From assembly GCA_035540375.1 (NCBI GenBank), contig DATLGO010000049.1, forward strand, positions 1,618 to 65,617: DNA of 64,000 nt. The letters are read 5' to 3'. Made by a program: the position numbers and the translations under genes. Each line of letters opens with the position of its first letter. The stretch's first letter is position 1. Below are positions 8,941 through 16,996 of this stretch, in pieces. Source of the DNA: Thermoplasmatota archaeon (GTDB lineage Archaea > Thermoplasmatota > SW-10-69-26 > JACQPN01 > JAJPHT01). The notes under the pieces are model-generated. The model did no database searches. It worked only from the letters and a program-made list of their open reading frames with translations, and had not been told where the DNA came from.

Positions 8941-9231
8941 ATGGTCGACAAGCGCGACTGCTCGTTCTGCGGCAAGCCCATCGAGCCGGGCACGGGCAAG
9001 CTCTACATCAAGAAGGACGGCACGAAGTACTGGTTCGACTCCAGCAAGTGCCAGGCCAACCTCGTGGAACTCAAGCGCGTCTCGCGCAAGGTCAAGTGGA
9101 CCACGCACTACGTGAAGGGCGTTGCCGGCGCGTCCGGCGCGGCCGCCACGTCGAGCGCGGAAAACGCGCCGAAGAAGGCCAAGAAGCAGGCCGCCGAGAC
9201 GCCCGCCGCCCCCGCCCCGAGCGAGAGCTGA
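8941..9231 (+). CDS. rpl24e: Ribosomal protein L24e with an Ala/Lys-rich C-terminal extension
   Basis: ORF 8941..9231. [35 protein letters not shown] zinc-ribbon core, plus a roughly 30-aa low-complexity tail. Confidence 0.9.
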   Translation: MVDKRDCSFCGKPIEPGTGKLYIKKDGTKYWFDSSKCQANLVELKRVSRKVKWTTHYVKGVAGASGAAATSSAENAPKKAKKQAAETPAAPAPSES

Positions 9232-9235
9232 GCCC

Positions 9236-9688
9236 ATGGCCGAGCGCGTCTTCGCCATGGTCAAGCCCGACGGGGTCCAGCGCGGCCTCGTGGGCGAGGT
9301 CGTCCGCCGATACGAGGCCCGCGGCCTCAAGGTCGTCGGCCTCAAGCTCATGCAGGTGCCGAAGAGCCTCGCCGAGGCGCACTACGCGGAGCACCAGGGC
9401 AAGAAGTTCTACGACGGCCTCGTGAAGTACATCACGAGCGGCCCCGTCGTGGCCCTCGTCGTCGAGGGGAAGGACGCGATCAAGGTCGTCCGCACCGTGA
9501 ACGGCGCGACGAACCCCGTGGACGCGGTCCCGGGCACGATCCGCGGCGACTACGCGCTCGACATCGGGCGCAACGTCGTGCACGGGTCGGACTCCCCCGA
9601 GTCGGCGGCCCGCGAGATCGGCCTCTACTTCACGAAGGACGAGCTCGTCCAGTACGAACTCGCCACGAAGTCCTGGGTCCAGGAATAG
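9236..9688 (+). CDS. ndk: Nucleoside diphosphate kinase
   Basis: ATG 9236 inside ORF 9122..9688. [37 protein letters not shown]...[16 protein letters not shown] (active-site His). Confidence 0.95.
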   Translation: MAERVFAMVKPDGVQRGLVGEVVRRYEARGLKVVGLKLMQVPKSLAEAHYAEHQGKKFYDGLVKYITSGPVVALVVEGKDAIKVVRTVNGATNPVDAVPGTIRGDYALDIGRNVVHGSDSPESAAREIGLYFTKDELVQYELATKSWVQE

Positions 9689-9692
9689 TCCC

Positions 9693-9726
9693 GCCGCGGG
9701 CTCGCCCGCGGCCTCCTTTTCTTTCC
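9693..9726 (+). terminator. Hairpin plus T-tract terminator candidate after ndk
   Basis: GCCGCGGG-CTCG-CCCGCGGC (8-bp perfect stem, 9693..9712), followed by CTCC and TTTTCTTTCC (9717..9726). It begins 5 nt after the ndk stop. Confidence 0.45.
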
Positions 9727-9794
9727 ATATCAACTCCGGCGAGCGGAGCGGCCACCCCGCAGGGGGCAAACCTTCATGTCCCGGACCCGACAGA

Positions 9795-10913
9795 ATGCCC
9801 GGCTCCAGGCTGATTCCCGTGAAGGCCCTCCCCACCCTTCTTGCCGTCTTCGCTCTCCTGGGCGCCGCCGTTTCGGTGGCGGCCGCGGAAGGCGAGCACG
9901 AATCCCGCGCCGACCGCGCGGGCCGGATCCTCGAAGGCGACTCCGCGCGCCTTGCGGCGAAGCTCGACGCTTGCGCCGCGCACGCGCGCGAGACGCGCTC
10001 GCGCGATGCCGCCCTCGACTGCTTCGCGTCCGCGCGCGCCGAGGCGCGCGCCGTCGCCGACCGTCTCGCGGCCGCCCGCGAGCGTCTCGCGGCCGCGAAG
10101 GCCGACCACGAGACCCGCGCGGCCGCCCTGCGCGCGCTCGACGCCGCCGCCGCCGAGGCCGCGGGTTCCGAACGCTTCATGCGCGCCTGCGCGGAGCGCC
10201 TCGGCGGCCTCGACCGCCGCGCGACCGACGGCGCCTCGGAGGCCGTCAAGGAATGTCTCGCGAAGGCCCGCGCGCACGCGGCGAACCTCGCGCGCGCCGC
10301 GGGACGGAACGCGACCGCGTCTGCCGACCACGAAGCGCGCATCGCCGCCGCGCAGTCCTTCCGCGCGGCCGCGGAGCGGTTCCACGCGGAGCAGCGCGCC
10401 GAGATGGAACGCCTGCGCGAGGCCTTCGAGGCGAAGCACGCGGGTCTGCGGGAGCGCCATCAGGCGGCAATTGAGGCCGAGCGCGCGAACTGGACCGCGG
10501 CGAAGGCCGCGGCGCGCGAGGCGTGCGCGGCCGAGAACGGCACCGCCCGCGCGGCGTGCATGCGCGCCGCGCTCGCGGACGACCTCAAGGCGATCAACGA
10601 GCGCCTGAAGGCCCTGCGCGCGGAGCTTCGCCTCGAGCACCAGGAGGCGGTCCGGGAAGCGAAGGCCCTCGTGAAGAAGTTCCACCAGGAATCCATGGCC
10701 AAGTTCCGCGCCGCGATGCGGGCCCACGGCGCCGACGTTCCGGAGACGCCGTTCGCGGAGGTGAGCGAGAAGCGTCACGACGAAGCGCCGGAGGACGCCG
10801 CCCTGGAGCTCCTCGCCGCGGCCCTCGAGGGCGGCCCGGAAGCCCCGAACGAGGAAGCAGCCGAGGCCCACGCCTCGAACGCGACCCATGCCGACACGGG
10901 GGCGAGCGCCTGA
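9795..10913 (+). CDS. Hypothetical secreted Ala/Arg/Glu-rich all-helical (coiled-coil-like) protein with paired cysteines
   Basis: ORF 9795..10913. Signal peptide MPGSRLIPVKALPTLLAVFALLGAAVSVAAA. No family recognised. Confidence 0.5.
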   Translation: MPGSRLIPVKALPTLLAVFALLGAAVSVAAAEGEHESRADRAGRILEGDSARLAAKLDACAAHARETRSRDAALDCFASARAEARAVADRLAAARERLAAAKADHETRAAALRALDAAAAEAAGSERFMRACAERLGGLDRRATDGASEAVKECLAKARAHAANLARAAGRNATASADHEARIAAAQSFRAAAERFHAEQRAEMERLREAFEAKHAGLRERHQAAIEAERANWTAAKAAAREACAAENGTARAACMRAALADDLKAINERLKALRAELRLEHQEAVREAKALVKKFHQESMAKFRAAMRAHGADVPETPFAEVSEKRHDEAPEDAALELLAAALEGGPEAPNEEAAEAHASNATHADTGASA

Positions 10914-11284
10914 AGTCCGCGCTTCCCGCCCTCGCCGCCGCGCTTCTCGCCCTCGCCGTCGTCCCCTCCGCGCTCGCGAACGACCCCGGGGGCGACGAGG
11001 CCCACCACGGAAGCTCGAACGAGTCGGACCTCGACGAGCCCGACTTCGCGGAGGATCCCTTCGCGAACGAGACGGGCTTCGACGACGCGATGGCCGACGC
11101 GGAGGCCGAGGCGAACGCGACCTCGAAGGGGGACCCGGGCGACCCGGCGGCGGGCGCGAACGACACGCGCCGCGACCTCGACCGGGCCCCGCCCGCCGGG
11201 GGTTCGAAGCCCGCCGCGACGCCGCTTCCGGCCGTCGCCGCGCTCGCCGGCTTCGCGCTTGCGGCCCTCGCGCGGCGGCGCTGA
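10910..11284 (+). CDS. Small acidic secreted protein with PGF-CTERM-like C-terminal anchor (start unresolved, CTG proposed)
   Basis: In-frame tail of ORF 10523..11284: LKSALPALAAALLALAVVPSALA|NDPGGDEAHH...PAATPLPAVAALAGFALAALARRR. A Sec-type signal peptide begins exactly at CTG 10910, which overlaps the upstream TGA. No ATG/GTG/TTG occurs in frame nearby. Confidence 0.4.
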   Translation: MKSALPALAAALLALAVVPSALANDPGGDEAHHGSSNESDLDEPDFAEDPFANETGFDDAMADAEAEANATSKGDPGDPAAGANDTRRDLDRAPPAGGSKPAATPLPAVAALAGFALAALARRR

Positions 11285-11319
11285 GCAAACGTGAAGCCGC
11301 GCCGCGCGCTTTGCGGCGC

Positions 11320-11799
11320 ATGACCTCCACGGTCGTGCGCCGCGCGACGCGGTCGGACGCCGACGCCTTCCTCCGGCTCGTGGACGCGCTCGCGCGCTAC
11401 GAGAAGCTCGACCCGCCCGGCCCCGAGGCCCGCGCGCGGCTCGTCGAGGACGCCTTCGGGCCGCGCCCGCGCTTCGCGCTCCTTGTCGCCGAGCGCGCAG
11501 GCGCGATCATCGGCTACGCGATCCTGGTCGAAACGTACTCGAGCTTCCTTGCGCGCCCCACCCTCTATCTCGAGGACGTGTTCGTCGCCCCGGAGGCCCG
11601 CAACAAGGGCGCGGGCCGCGCGCTCGTCGCCGCGTGCGCGAAGGAGGCGCTCGCGCGCGGCTGTCACCGCCTCGAAGGCGTCGTGCTCGACTGGAACGAG
11701 CCTGCGCGCGGCTTCTACGCGGCGACGGGCGGGGCCGTGCTCGACGACTGGCGGCTCCTCCGCTACGATCGCGCGGCGCTCGAGCGTCTTGCGGGTTGA
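11320..11799 (+). CDS. GNAT family N-acetyltransferase
   Basis: ATG 11320 within ORF 10888..11799. IIGYAILVETYSSFLARPTLYLEDVFVAPEARNKGAGRALVAACAKEALARGCHRLEGVVLDWNEPARGFY (acetyl-CoA binding R/Q-x-x-G-x-G/A motif). Confidence 0.75.
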   Translation: MTSTVVRRATRSDADAFLRLVDALARYEKLDPPGPEARARLVEDAFGPRPRFALLVAERAGAIIGYAILVETYSSFLARPTLYLEDVFVAPEARNKGAGRALVAACAKEALARGCHRLEGVVLDWNEPARGFYAATGGAVLDDWRLLRYDRAALERLAG

Positions 11800-11821
11800 C
11801 CCGCCTTTCGCGAGCCGGGTC

Positions 11822-11830
11822 TTTTTTATA
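11822..11830 (+). promoter_or_regulatory. TATA-box candidate (TTTTTTATA) upstream of infB
   Basis: AT island 37-45 nt upstream of ATG 11867. GGGGGA sits 6 nt before the ATG. The T-run could also act as an oligo-T terminator for the GNAT gene. Confidence 0.4.
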
Positions 11831-11866
11831 CCTCCATGGGATAGTCGGCCACCTCAGGGGGATCCC

Positions 11867-13636
11867 ATGGTCACGCGCCAACCCATCGTCTCCGTCCTCG
11901 GCCACGTCGACCACGGCAAGACGAGCCTCCTCGACCGGATCCGCGGGTCCTCCGTCGCGAAGCGCGAGGCGGGCGCGATCACGCAGCACATCGGCGCCTC
12001 CGAGATGCCGCTCGACGCGATCCGCGAGGTGTGCGGCCCGCTCATGAAGGGTCGCGACTTCCGCGTGCCCGGCCTCCTCTTCATCGACACGCCCGGTCAC
12101 CACGCGTTCTCCACGCTCCGCGCCCGCGGCGGCGCCCTCGCCGACCTCGCGATCCTCGTGGTCGACATCACGGAGGGCTTCAAGCCGCAGACGAAGGAGG
12201 CGCTCTCGATCCTCCGGAAGAACCGGACGCCCTTCGTCGTCGCGGCGAACAAGATCGACAAGATCCACGGATGGGATTCGAAGCCGGGCCAACCCTTCAT
12301 GCTGAGCGTCAAGGAGCAGTCCGAGAGCGTCCAGGGCCGTCTCGACGAGCGCGTCTGGGAGGTCATCGGCGCGCTCACCTCCAACGGCGTCCCGAGCGCG
12401 GACCGCATCGACCGCATCACGGACTTCACGAAGGCGATCGCGGTCGTGCCGCTCTCCGCCCACACCGGCGAAGGCATTCCCGACCTTCTCCTCACGCTCG
12501 TCGGTCTCGCGCAGCGCTTCCTCGAGGAGCAGCTCGCGACGAGCCTCGAAGGACCCGGCCGGGGCACCGTTCTCGAGGTGAAGGAGGAGCGCGGCCTCGG
12601 TCTCACGCTGGACGTCATCCTCTACGACGGGCACATCCGCGCGGGCGACACGATCGTCCTCGGCGCGCTGGGGTCTCCGAAGGTCACGAAGGTGAAGGGG
12701 CTCCTGAAGCCGAAGCCCAAGGACGAGATGCGCGACCACCGCGAGCCGTTCTCCTCCCTCAAGGAGGTGTACGCGGCAAGCGGCCTCAAGATCAGCGCGC
12801 AGGACCTCGAGGGCGTCCTTGCGGGCGCGCCGCTCGTGGTCGCGCGCGGCGACGACCTCGCCGCCATCCGCGAGGAGGTCTCGAAGGAGGTCGCGATCGA
12901 CATCGAGACGGCCGACACGGGCGTCTTCGTGAAGGCCGACACGCTCGGTTCGCTCGAGGCCCTCGCAAGCGAGTGCCGCGACCGCAAGATCCCGATCAAG
13001 CGCGCGGAGGTCGGCGACATCTCGCGCCGCGACCTCATCGACGCGGAGAGCATCCAGGACCCCCTTCGCAAGGCCATCCTCGCCTTCAACGTGAAGCTCC
13101 TGCCGGACGCGAAGGACTTCCTCGCGCACCCCGACAACAAGGTCGCCTCGTTCCAGAGCGACATCATCTACCACCTCCTCGACGAATACGAGGCGTGGAT
13201 CAAGACCAAGACCGCGGACCTCGAGCGCGACCGCCGCGCCACGATGACCTTCCCGGGCAAGGTCTCGATCATGCCGGACCACATCTTCCGCATCTCGAAG
13301 CCCGCGATCGTGGGCGTGCGCATCCTCTCCGGTCGCCTGCGCGTGGACCAGAAGTTCCTGCGCGACGACGGCCGCACCGTCGGCGTCGTGAAGAGCATCC
13401 GCCGCGGCGAGGAGTCCGTGAAGGAGGCGCTCCCGGGCGAGGAGGTCGCGGTCGCGATCGACGACGTGACGATCGGGCGCCAGATCAGCGCCGGCGACGT
13501 CCTTTACGTCGACGTTCCCGAAGGCGACGCGAAAACGCTCCTCAAGTCGACGAACCTTCTGAACTTCGACGAGATGGAGATCATGAAGGAGGTCGCGTCG
13601 ATCCGCCGCAAGGAAGACAAGTTCTGGGGCATGTGA
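11867..13636 (+). CDS. infB: Translation initiation factor aIF5B (archaeal IF-2)
   Basis: ATG 11867 within ORF 11483..13636. [47 protein letters not shown] GTPase motifs; 589 aa. Confidence 0.92.
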   Translation: MVTRQPIVSVLGHVDHGKTSLLDRIRGSSVAKREAGAITQHIGASEMPLDAIREVCGPLMKGRDFRVPGLLFIDTPGHHAFSTLRARGGALADLAILVVDITEGFKPQTKEALSILRKNRTPFVVAANKIDKIHGWDSKPGQPFMLSVKEQSESVQGRLDERVWEVIGALTSNGVPSADRIDRITDFTKAIAVVPLSAHTGEGIPDLLLTLVGLAQRFLEEQLATSLEGPGRGTVLEVKEERGLGLTLDVILYDGHIRAGDTIVLGALGSPKVTKVKGLLKPKPKDEMRDHREPFSSLKEVYAASGLKISAQDLEGVLAGAPLVVARGDDLAAIREEVSKEVAIDIETADTGVFVKADTLGSLEALASECRDRKIPIKRAEVGDISRRDLIDAESIQDPLRKAILAFNVKLLPDAKDFLAHPDNKVASFQSDIIYHLLDEYEAWIKTKTADLERDRRATMTFPGKVSIMPDHIFRISKPAIVGVRILSGRLRVDQKFLRDDGRTVGVVKSIRRGEESVKEALPGEEVAVAIDDVTIGRQISAGDVLYVDVPEGDAKTLLKSTNLLNFDEMEIMKEVASIRRKEDKFWGM

Positions 13637-13645
13637 GGAGGGCCG

Positions 13646-13669
13646 GTCGCGCCCCTCGGGGGGCGCGAC
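13646..13669 (+). terminator. Perfect 10-bp GC hairpin 10 nt after the infB stop
   Basis: GTCGCGCCCC-TCGG-GGGGCGCGAC. No T-tract follows, so terminator function is uncertain. Confidence 0.25.
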
Positions 13670-13696
13670 GGGTTCGGGGCCTTACAGCGGCACTCC

Positions 13697-13724
13697 GTGG
13701 CACGAGCCTGCGGGCTCGTGCCAC
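13697..13724. other. Perfect 12-bp stem / 4-nt loop hairpin in a noncoding region
   Basis: GTGGCACGAGCC-TGCG-GGCTCGTGCCAC. Confidence 0.6.
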
Positions 13725-13937
13725 TTCGTGCCAGAGAAGGGGGCTATCCGCCCCCTCCTCTGGACTTCTCCCGTGGACCCGGGGGCTGCCGCCCCCTGGA
13801 CCCCCGACCCAAACCCGCGTTCCTTGTCGTACGGGGCTCGGGTTTCACGGCTCCCTTTCGCGTGCGCGTGCGAGGGCGCGCGTGAGGCGCCTCTTGCGAC
13901 GGTCAACCTTCTGAACCCGGGCGCGAACACCGGCTGC

Positions 13938-14013
13938 GGTCCCGGTCCCAGTCCCGGTCCCGGACCCGGTCCCGGCGCCCGGACCCGGTCCCGAAGTCCG
14001 GTCCCGAAGCCCG
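13938..14013. repeat. GC-rich hexamer microsatellite-like tract (GGNCCC)n with nested roughly 19-bp tandem units
   Basis: ggtcccggtcccagtcccggtcccggacccggtcccggcgcccggacccggtcccgaagtccggtcccgaagcccgag. The unit cccggacccggtcccg occurs twice. Confidence 0.7.
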
Positions 14014-14142
14014 AGCCCCGACACCGAGACGCGACGCCCGGTCCCGCGGCGCGTGCCCGCGCGCAACGCCGCGCGCGGGTTCTCGAGGACACGGGTCGTG
14101 CGAGACCCTTATGGAATCCTCCGTCGATGGGCGTGTGGAACC

Positions 14143-14403
14143 ATGCTCGCGCGATGGCTGAAGAAGTCGAAGCTGAAGCGCATCGAACGCAAGCTCAAGC
14201 GTCTGCACACGGAGCAGAAGGACGTGCGGCACGCGCTTCACGACCTCGACGAGGCGCGGCGCAAGGGTAAGGTCACGGGACCCGATCACGCCGCGAAGCA
14301 CGCGAAGCTCGAGGCGCGCAAGAAGGCGCTCACGGACGAGGTCAACACGCTCATGACCGAGGAGCACGCGCTCAAGGCGGAACTGGCGAAGCCCGCGGGC
14401 TGA
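14143..14403 (+). CDS. Small Lys-rich coiled-coil hypothetical protein (86 aa)
   Basis: ATG 14143 within ORF 14053..14403: MLARWLKKSKLKRIERKLKRLHTEQKDVRHALHDLDEARRKGKV... An AT-rich CCTTATGG lies about 30 nt upstream. The 3' end overlaps the convergent MFS gene by 32 nt. Confidence 0.4.
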   Translation: MLARWLKKSKLKRIERKLKRLHTEQKDVRHALHDLDEARRKGKVTGPDHAAKHAKLEARKKALTDEVNTLMTEEHALKAELAKPAG

Positions 14404-15529
14404 CCTCGCGCTCCGTCGCGACCCATGCGGCGCCCGCGGCGGCCGCCACGAGGAGGACGGCGAGGGCGGGGGGCGCGAGCCCGTAGAGCGCGCCCGCGAC
14501 GACGCCGCCCGCGAACGTGCCGAGGCTCATCGCGGTCGAGAGCGCGCCCTGAGGCGCGGCGCGGCCGGGTCCCGCGCGGCGCGCGAGGAGGCTCGGCAGG
14601 AGCGCGGAGAGCGTGCTCTGGCCCGCGAAGAAGACGAAGGCGCCGAGGGCGACCGCGGGGAGGCCGCCCACCGGCGAGGCGACGAGCGCCGCCCCGAGGC
14701 CGAGCGCGGCCGTCGCGGCCGCGAGGACGACGCCCGCGCGGCCGCGGTCCGCAAGCCGCGCGCCCGCGAACATCGCGAAGCCGCCCGCGACGACGGCGAC
14801 GGCGAGGAGGCGGCTCGCCTCGGCTGGTGGGAGGTGACGCGCCGCTTCGAGGGGGAAGACGAGGAGGACGGCGGCGAGCGACGCGTTCACGACGAACCCC
14901 GCGCCGTAGAGGCCGCGCGACCCGACCGCCGGGTCCTCCGCCGATTCCATCGGCGCGGGCGCGGGAACGGCGGAGACGGCGACGGCCGCGAGGGCGAAAA
15001 TCGCGAGGGCCCCCTGCGCGAGGAAGAGGCCGGGAACGCCCACGGCGGGGGCAAGGAGCGGGCCGAGGACGAGGCCGAGCGTGAACGTCCCGCCGATCGC
15101 GGCCCCCATGAGGGCCATGCGGCGCGTGCGGCGCGTCGGCTCGCCCGACTCCGCGGCAAGCGCCATCGCGATGCCGTTCACGGCGCCCGCGCCCGAGACG
15201 AAGCGCGCGATCGCGAGGACGACGACGTGGTCCGCGTAGGCCGCGACGACGCTTCCCGCGGCCGTGAGCCCGAGCCCGAGAAGAATGGCGCCCTTGCGGT
15301 TCCAGCGGTCCGCGAGGAGGCCGAACGGGACCTGGAGGAGCGCGGCCGCAAGGGCGTACGCGCCGAAGGCCACCCCGACGAGGAGGAGCCGACCGTTCGC
15401 GTCCGCCGCGAAGGGCGCCGCGTCGAGCGCGAGCGCGTACGGCGTGAAGACGGAGAGGACGAGCGAGAGCGCGAGGATGCGCAGGCTCACGACCGCGAGG
15501 GCGAGGGGGAGGCCGCTTCGTCGCTCCAC
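14372..15529 (-). CDS. MFS (major facilitator superfamily) transporter
   Basis: ORF 14372..15529. About 12 hydrophobic segments. MFS loop 2-3 motif GLLADRWNRKGAILLG. Confidence 0.8.
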   Translation of the reverse strand: MERRSGLPLALAVVSLRILALSLVLSVFTPYALALDAAPFAADANGRLLLVGVAFGAYALAAALLQVPFGLLADRWNRKGAILLGLGLTAAGSVVAAYADHVVVLAIARFVSGAGAVNGIAMALAAESGEPTRRTRRMALMGAAIGGTFTLGLVLGPLLAPAVGVPGLFLAQGALAIFALAAVAVSAVPAPAPMESAEDPAVGSRGLYGAGFVVNASLAAVLLVFPLEAARHLPPAEASRLLAVAVVAGGFAMFAGARLADRGRAGVVLAAATAALGLGAALVASPVGGLPAVALGAFVFFAGQSTLSALLPSLLARRAGPGRAAPQGALSTAMSLGTFAGGVVAGALYGLAPPALAVLLVAAAAGAAWVATEREVSPRASPVPP

Positions 15530-15572
15530 GTCCGCGCGAGGGGCGCGATACTATACAAGCGCGTCGGAGGCG

Positions 15573-16721
15573 TCATCCGATGACCATGGCGTCGGGCTCG
15601 ATCGGGATGGGCTTCGAGAAGCGGTCGAGCAGGTAGGGTTCGAGGTCGTAGGCGGGCTTGCGGCCGAGGACGAGGTCGGCCGTGATGCGCGTCGTGACGG
15701 GCGAAATCATGAATCCGTGGCCCGAGGCGCCGTTCAGCTGGAGGAAGTTGTCGAGACCGGGCGAGGGTCCGAGGACGGGCTTGTTGTCGGGGGTGACGTC
15801 GTACGTGCCGGCCCATTGCCGGAAGGCCTTGACGTCGGCGAGCGTCGGCACGAGGTCGACGATCGCGCGCGCGATGTCGCGCATGAACCGGAAGCTCGAC
15901 CCGAAGTTGATGCCCGGCCGCTCGCCCTTGTGGCCGATCCCCGCGATGACCTCGCCGCGCATGTCCTGGTTGAGGTAGAGACCGTTCCTCAGATCCACGA
16001 CCATGGGGTCGAGGAACGGCTTCAGCGCCTCCATGACCACGATCTCGTGCCGGACCGGGACGTTCGGCAGCGCGACGCCGGCCATCGCGGCGACGTCGCG
16101 CGACCACGACCCGGCCGCGTTGATGACCCAGTCGGCGCGGATGGGTCCGCGCGAGGTCTCCACCTCGACCACGCGGCCGCCCTTCGCGACGAGGCCCGTG
16201 ACCTCCGTGAACGTCTCGACGTCCACGCCCATCTTCCGACACGCCTTCCAGTAGCCCTGGACGACGCTCCAGGGGAAGATGATGCCGTCGCTCGGGGAGA
16301 ACGTGCCGCCGACGACGCCATCGAGGTTCACGACGGGGGCGAGGACGTGCGCATCCTCGGGCGTCACGAGCCGGCTCCTGACGCCGTGCGCGTTCTGCAC
16401 GGCGACGTTGCGCTTGAGCGTCTCGACCGTGCGCTCGTCGTACGCGAGAAACAGGTAGCCGCCCTGGCGGAACCAGACGTTGAAGCCTAGCTCGGGCGCG
16501 AGGGCCTTGAACGCGCGGATGCTGTCGCGCGCGAGGACGAGATTGTCCGGCGTCCCCCATTGGGCGCGCACGCCGCCGCCGTTGCGGCCGCTTGCGCCGT
16601 AGAGGACGTACTTCCGCTCGAGGACGACGACGTCCGTGACGCCCGCCTTCGCGAGATGGTACGCGACGCCGAGCCCGTTCACGCCGCCGCCGATGACGAC
16701 GACGCTCGCCCCGCGCTTCAC
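15573..16721 (-). CDS. FAD-dependent oxidoreductase, beta subunit of a sarcosine oxidase / L-proline dehydrogenase / opine oxidase-like complex (DAO family)
   Basis: Tail of ORF 15573..17261 from GTG 16721, which forms a GTGA overlap with the upstream stop. VVVIGGGVNGLGVAYHLAKAG dinucleotide fold; 382 aa. Confidence 0.75.
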   Translation of the reverse strand: MKRGASVVVIGGGVNGLGVAYHLAKAGVTDVVVLERKYVLYGASGRNGGGVRAQWGTPDNLVLARDSIRAFKALAPELGFNVWFRQGGYLFLAYDERTVETLKRNVAVQNAHGVRSRLVTPEDAHVLAPVVNLDGVVGGTFSPSDGIIFPWSVVQGYWKACRKMGVDVETFTEVTGLVAKGGRVVEVETSRGPIRADWVINAAGSWSRDVAAMAGVALPNVPVRHEIVVMEALKPFLDPMVVDLRNGLYLNQDMRGEVIAGIGHKGERPGINFGSSFRFMRDIARAIVDLVPTLADVKAFRQWAGTYDVTPDNKPVLGPSPGLDNFLQLNGASGHGFMISPVTTRITADLVLGRKPAYDLEPYLLDRFSKPIPIEPDAMVIG

Positions 16722-16996
16722 GCGTCGTCCTCCTCGGCCGCAAGGAAGCGGAGCGGGATCGGCCGCGTGGGTGGACGGTACGTGATCGCGCCGAGCGCGG
16801 CCTCGTCCTCGCCCGTCATCTCGGCGAGGATGCGGCGCGCGAGCACGACGCAGCTTTTTCCCTGGCAGGGGCCCGTCGCGAAGCCCGTGTAGCGCTTGAG
16901 CGACTCGAGGTCCGCGAAGCCGTCGAGGACGGCGTCGCGCAGCTCGTCCTCGGTGACGTCCTCGCAGGCGCACACGATGCGCTTCGGGGTCGTCAT
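16718..16996 (-). CDS. Small BFD-like [2Fe-2S]-binding protein (92 aa)
   Basis: ATG 16996 (ATGA overlap). CACEDVTEDELRDAV...TGPCQGKSC, a four-Cys pattern as in HcnA/OoxA-type small subunits. Confidence 0.65.
   Translation of the reverse strand: MTTPKRIVCACEDVTEDELRDAVLDGFADLESLKRYTGFATGPCQGKSCVVLARRILAEMTGEDEAALGAITYRPPTRPIPLRFLAAEEDDA

Noticed and set aside
9795-11284. Single gene interrupted by a frameshift (9795..10913 + 10910..11284)
   Set aside because: The downstream part starts with its own complete signal peptide exactly at the junction, which argues for two proteins. This is not fully excluded, and it is listed as a refutation test.
13938-14013. CRISPR array
   Set aside because: The repeat unit is only 6-19 nt with no unique spacers. 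It is a simple-sequence tract.
13637-14142. RNase P RNA or SRP RNA hidden in the noncoding region
   Set aside because: I found only partial look-alikes: GAAGUCCGG against the CR-I GGAAAGUCCGG, CUUACAG, and UCCGUGGCACG resembling part of bacterial M1 RNA. They are in the wrong order. I could not find the SRP helix-8 GGAAG..AGCAGCC motif on either strand. The question is left open as an unknown structured region rather than a named RNA.
13728-14270. 180-aa plus-strand ORF and 136-aa minus-strand ORF (13682..14092) reading through the hexamer repeat as (GP)n
   Set aside because: Low-complexity sequence with no signal peptide, motifs or sensible start context. They may at most be relics of a decayed gene.
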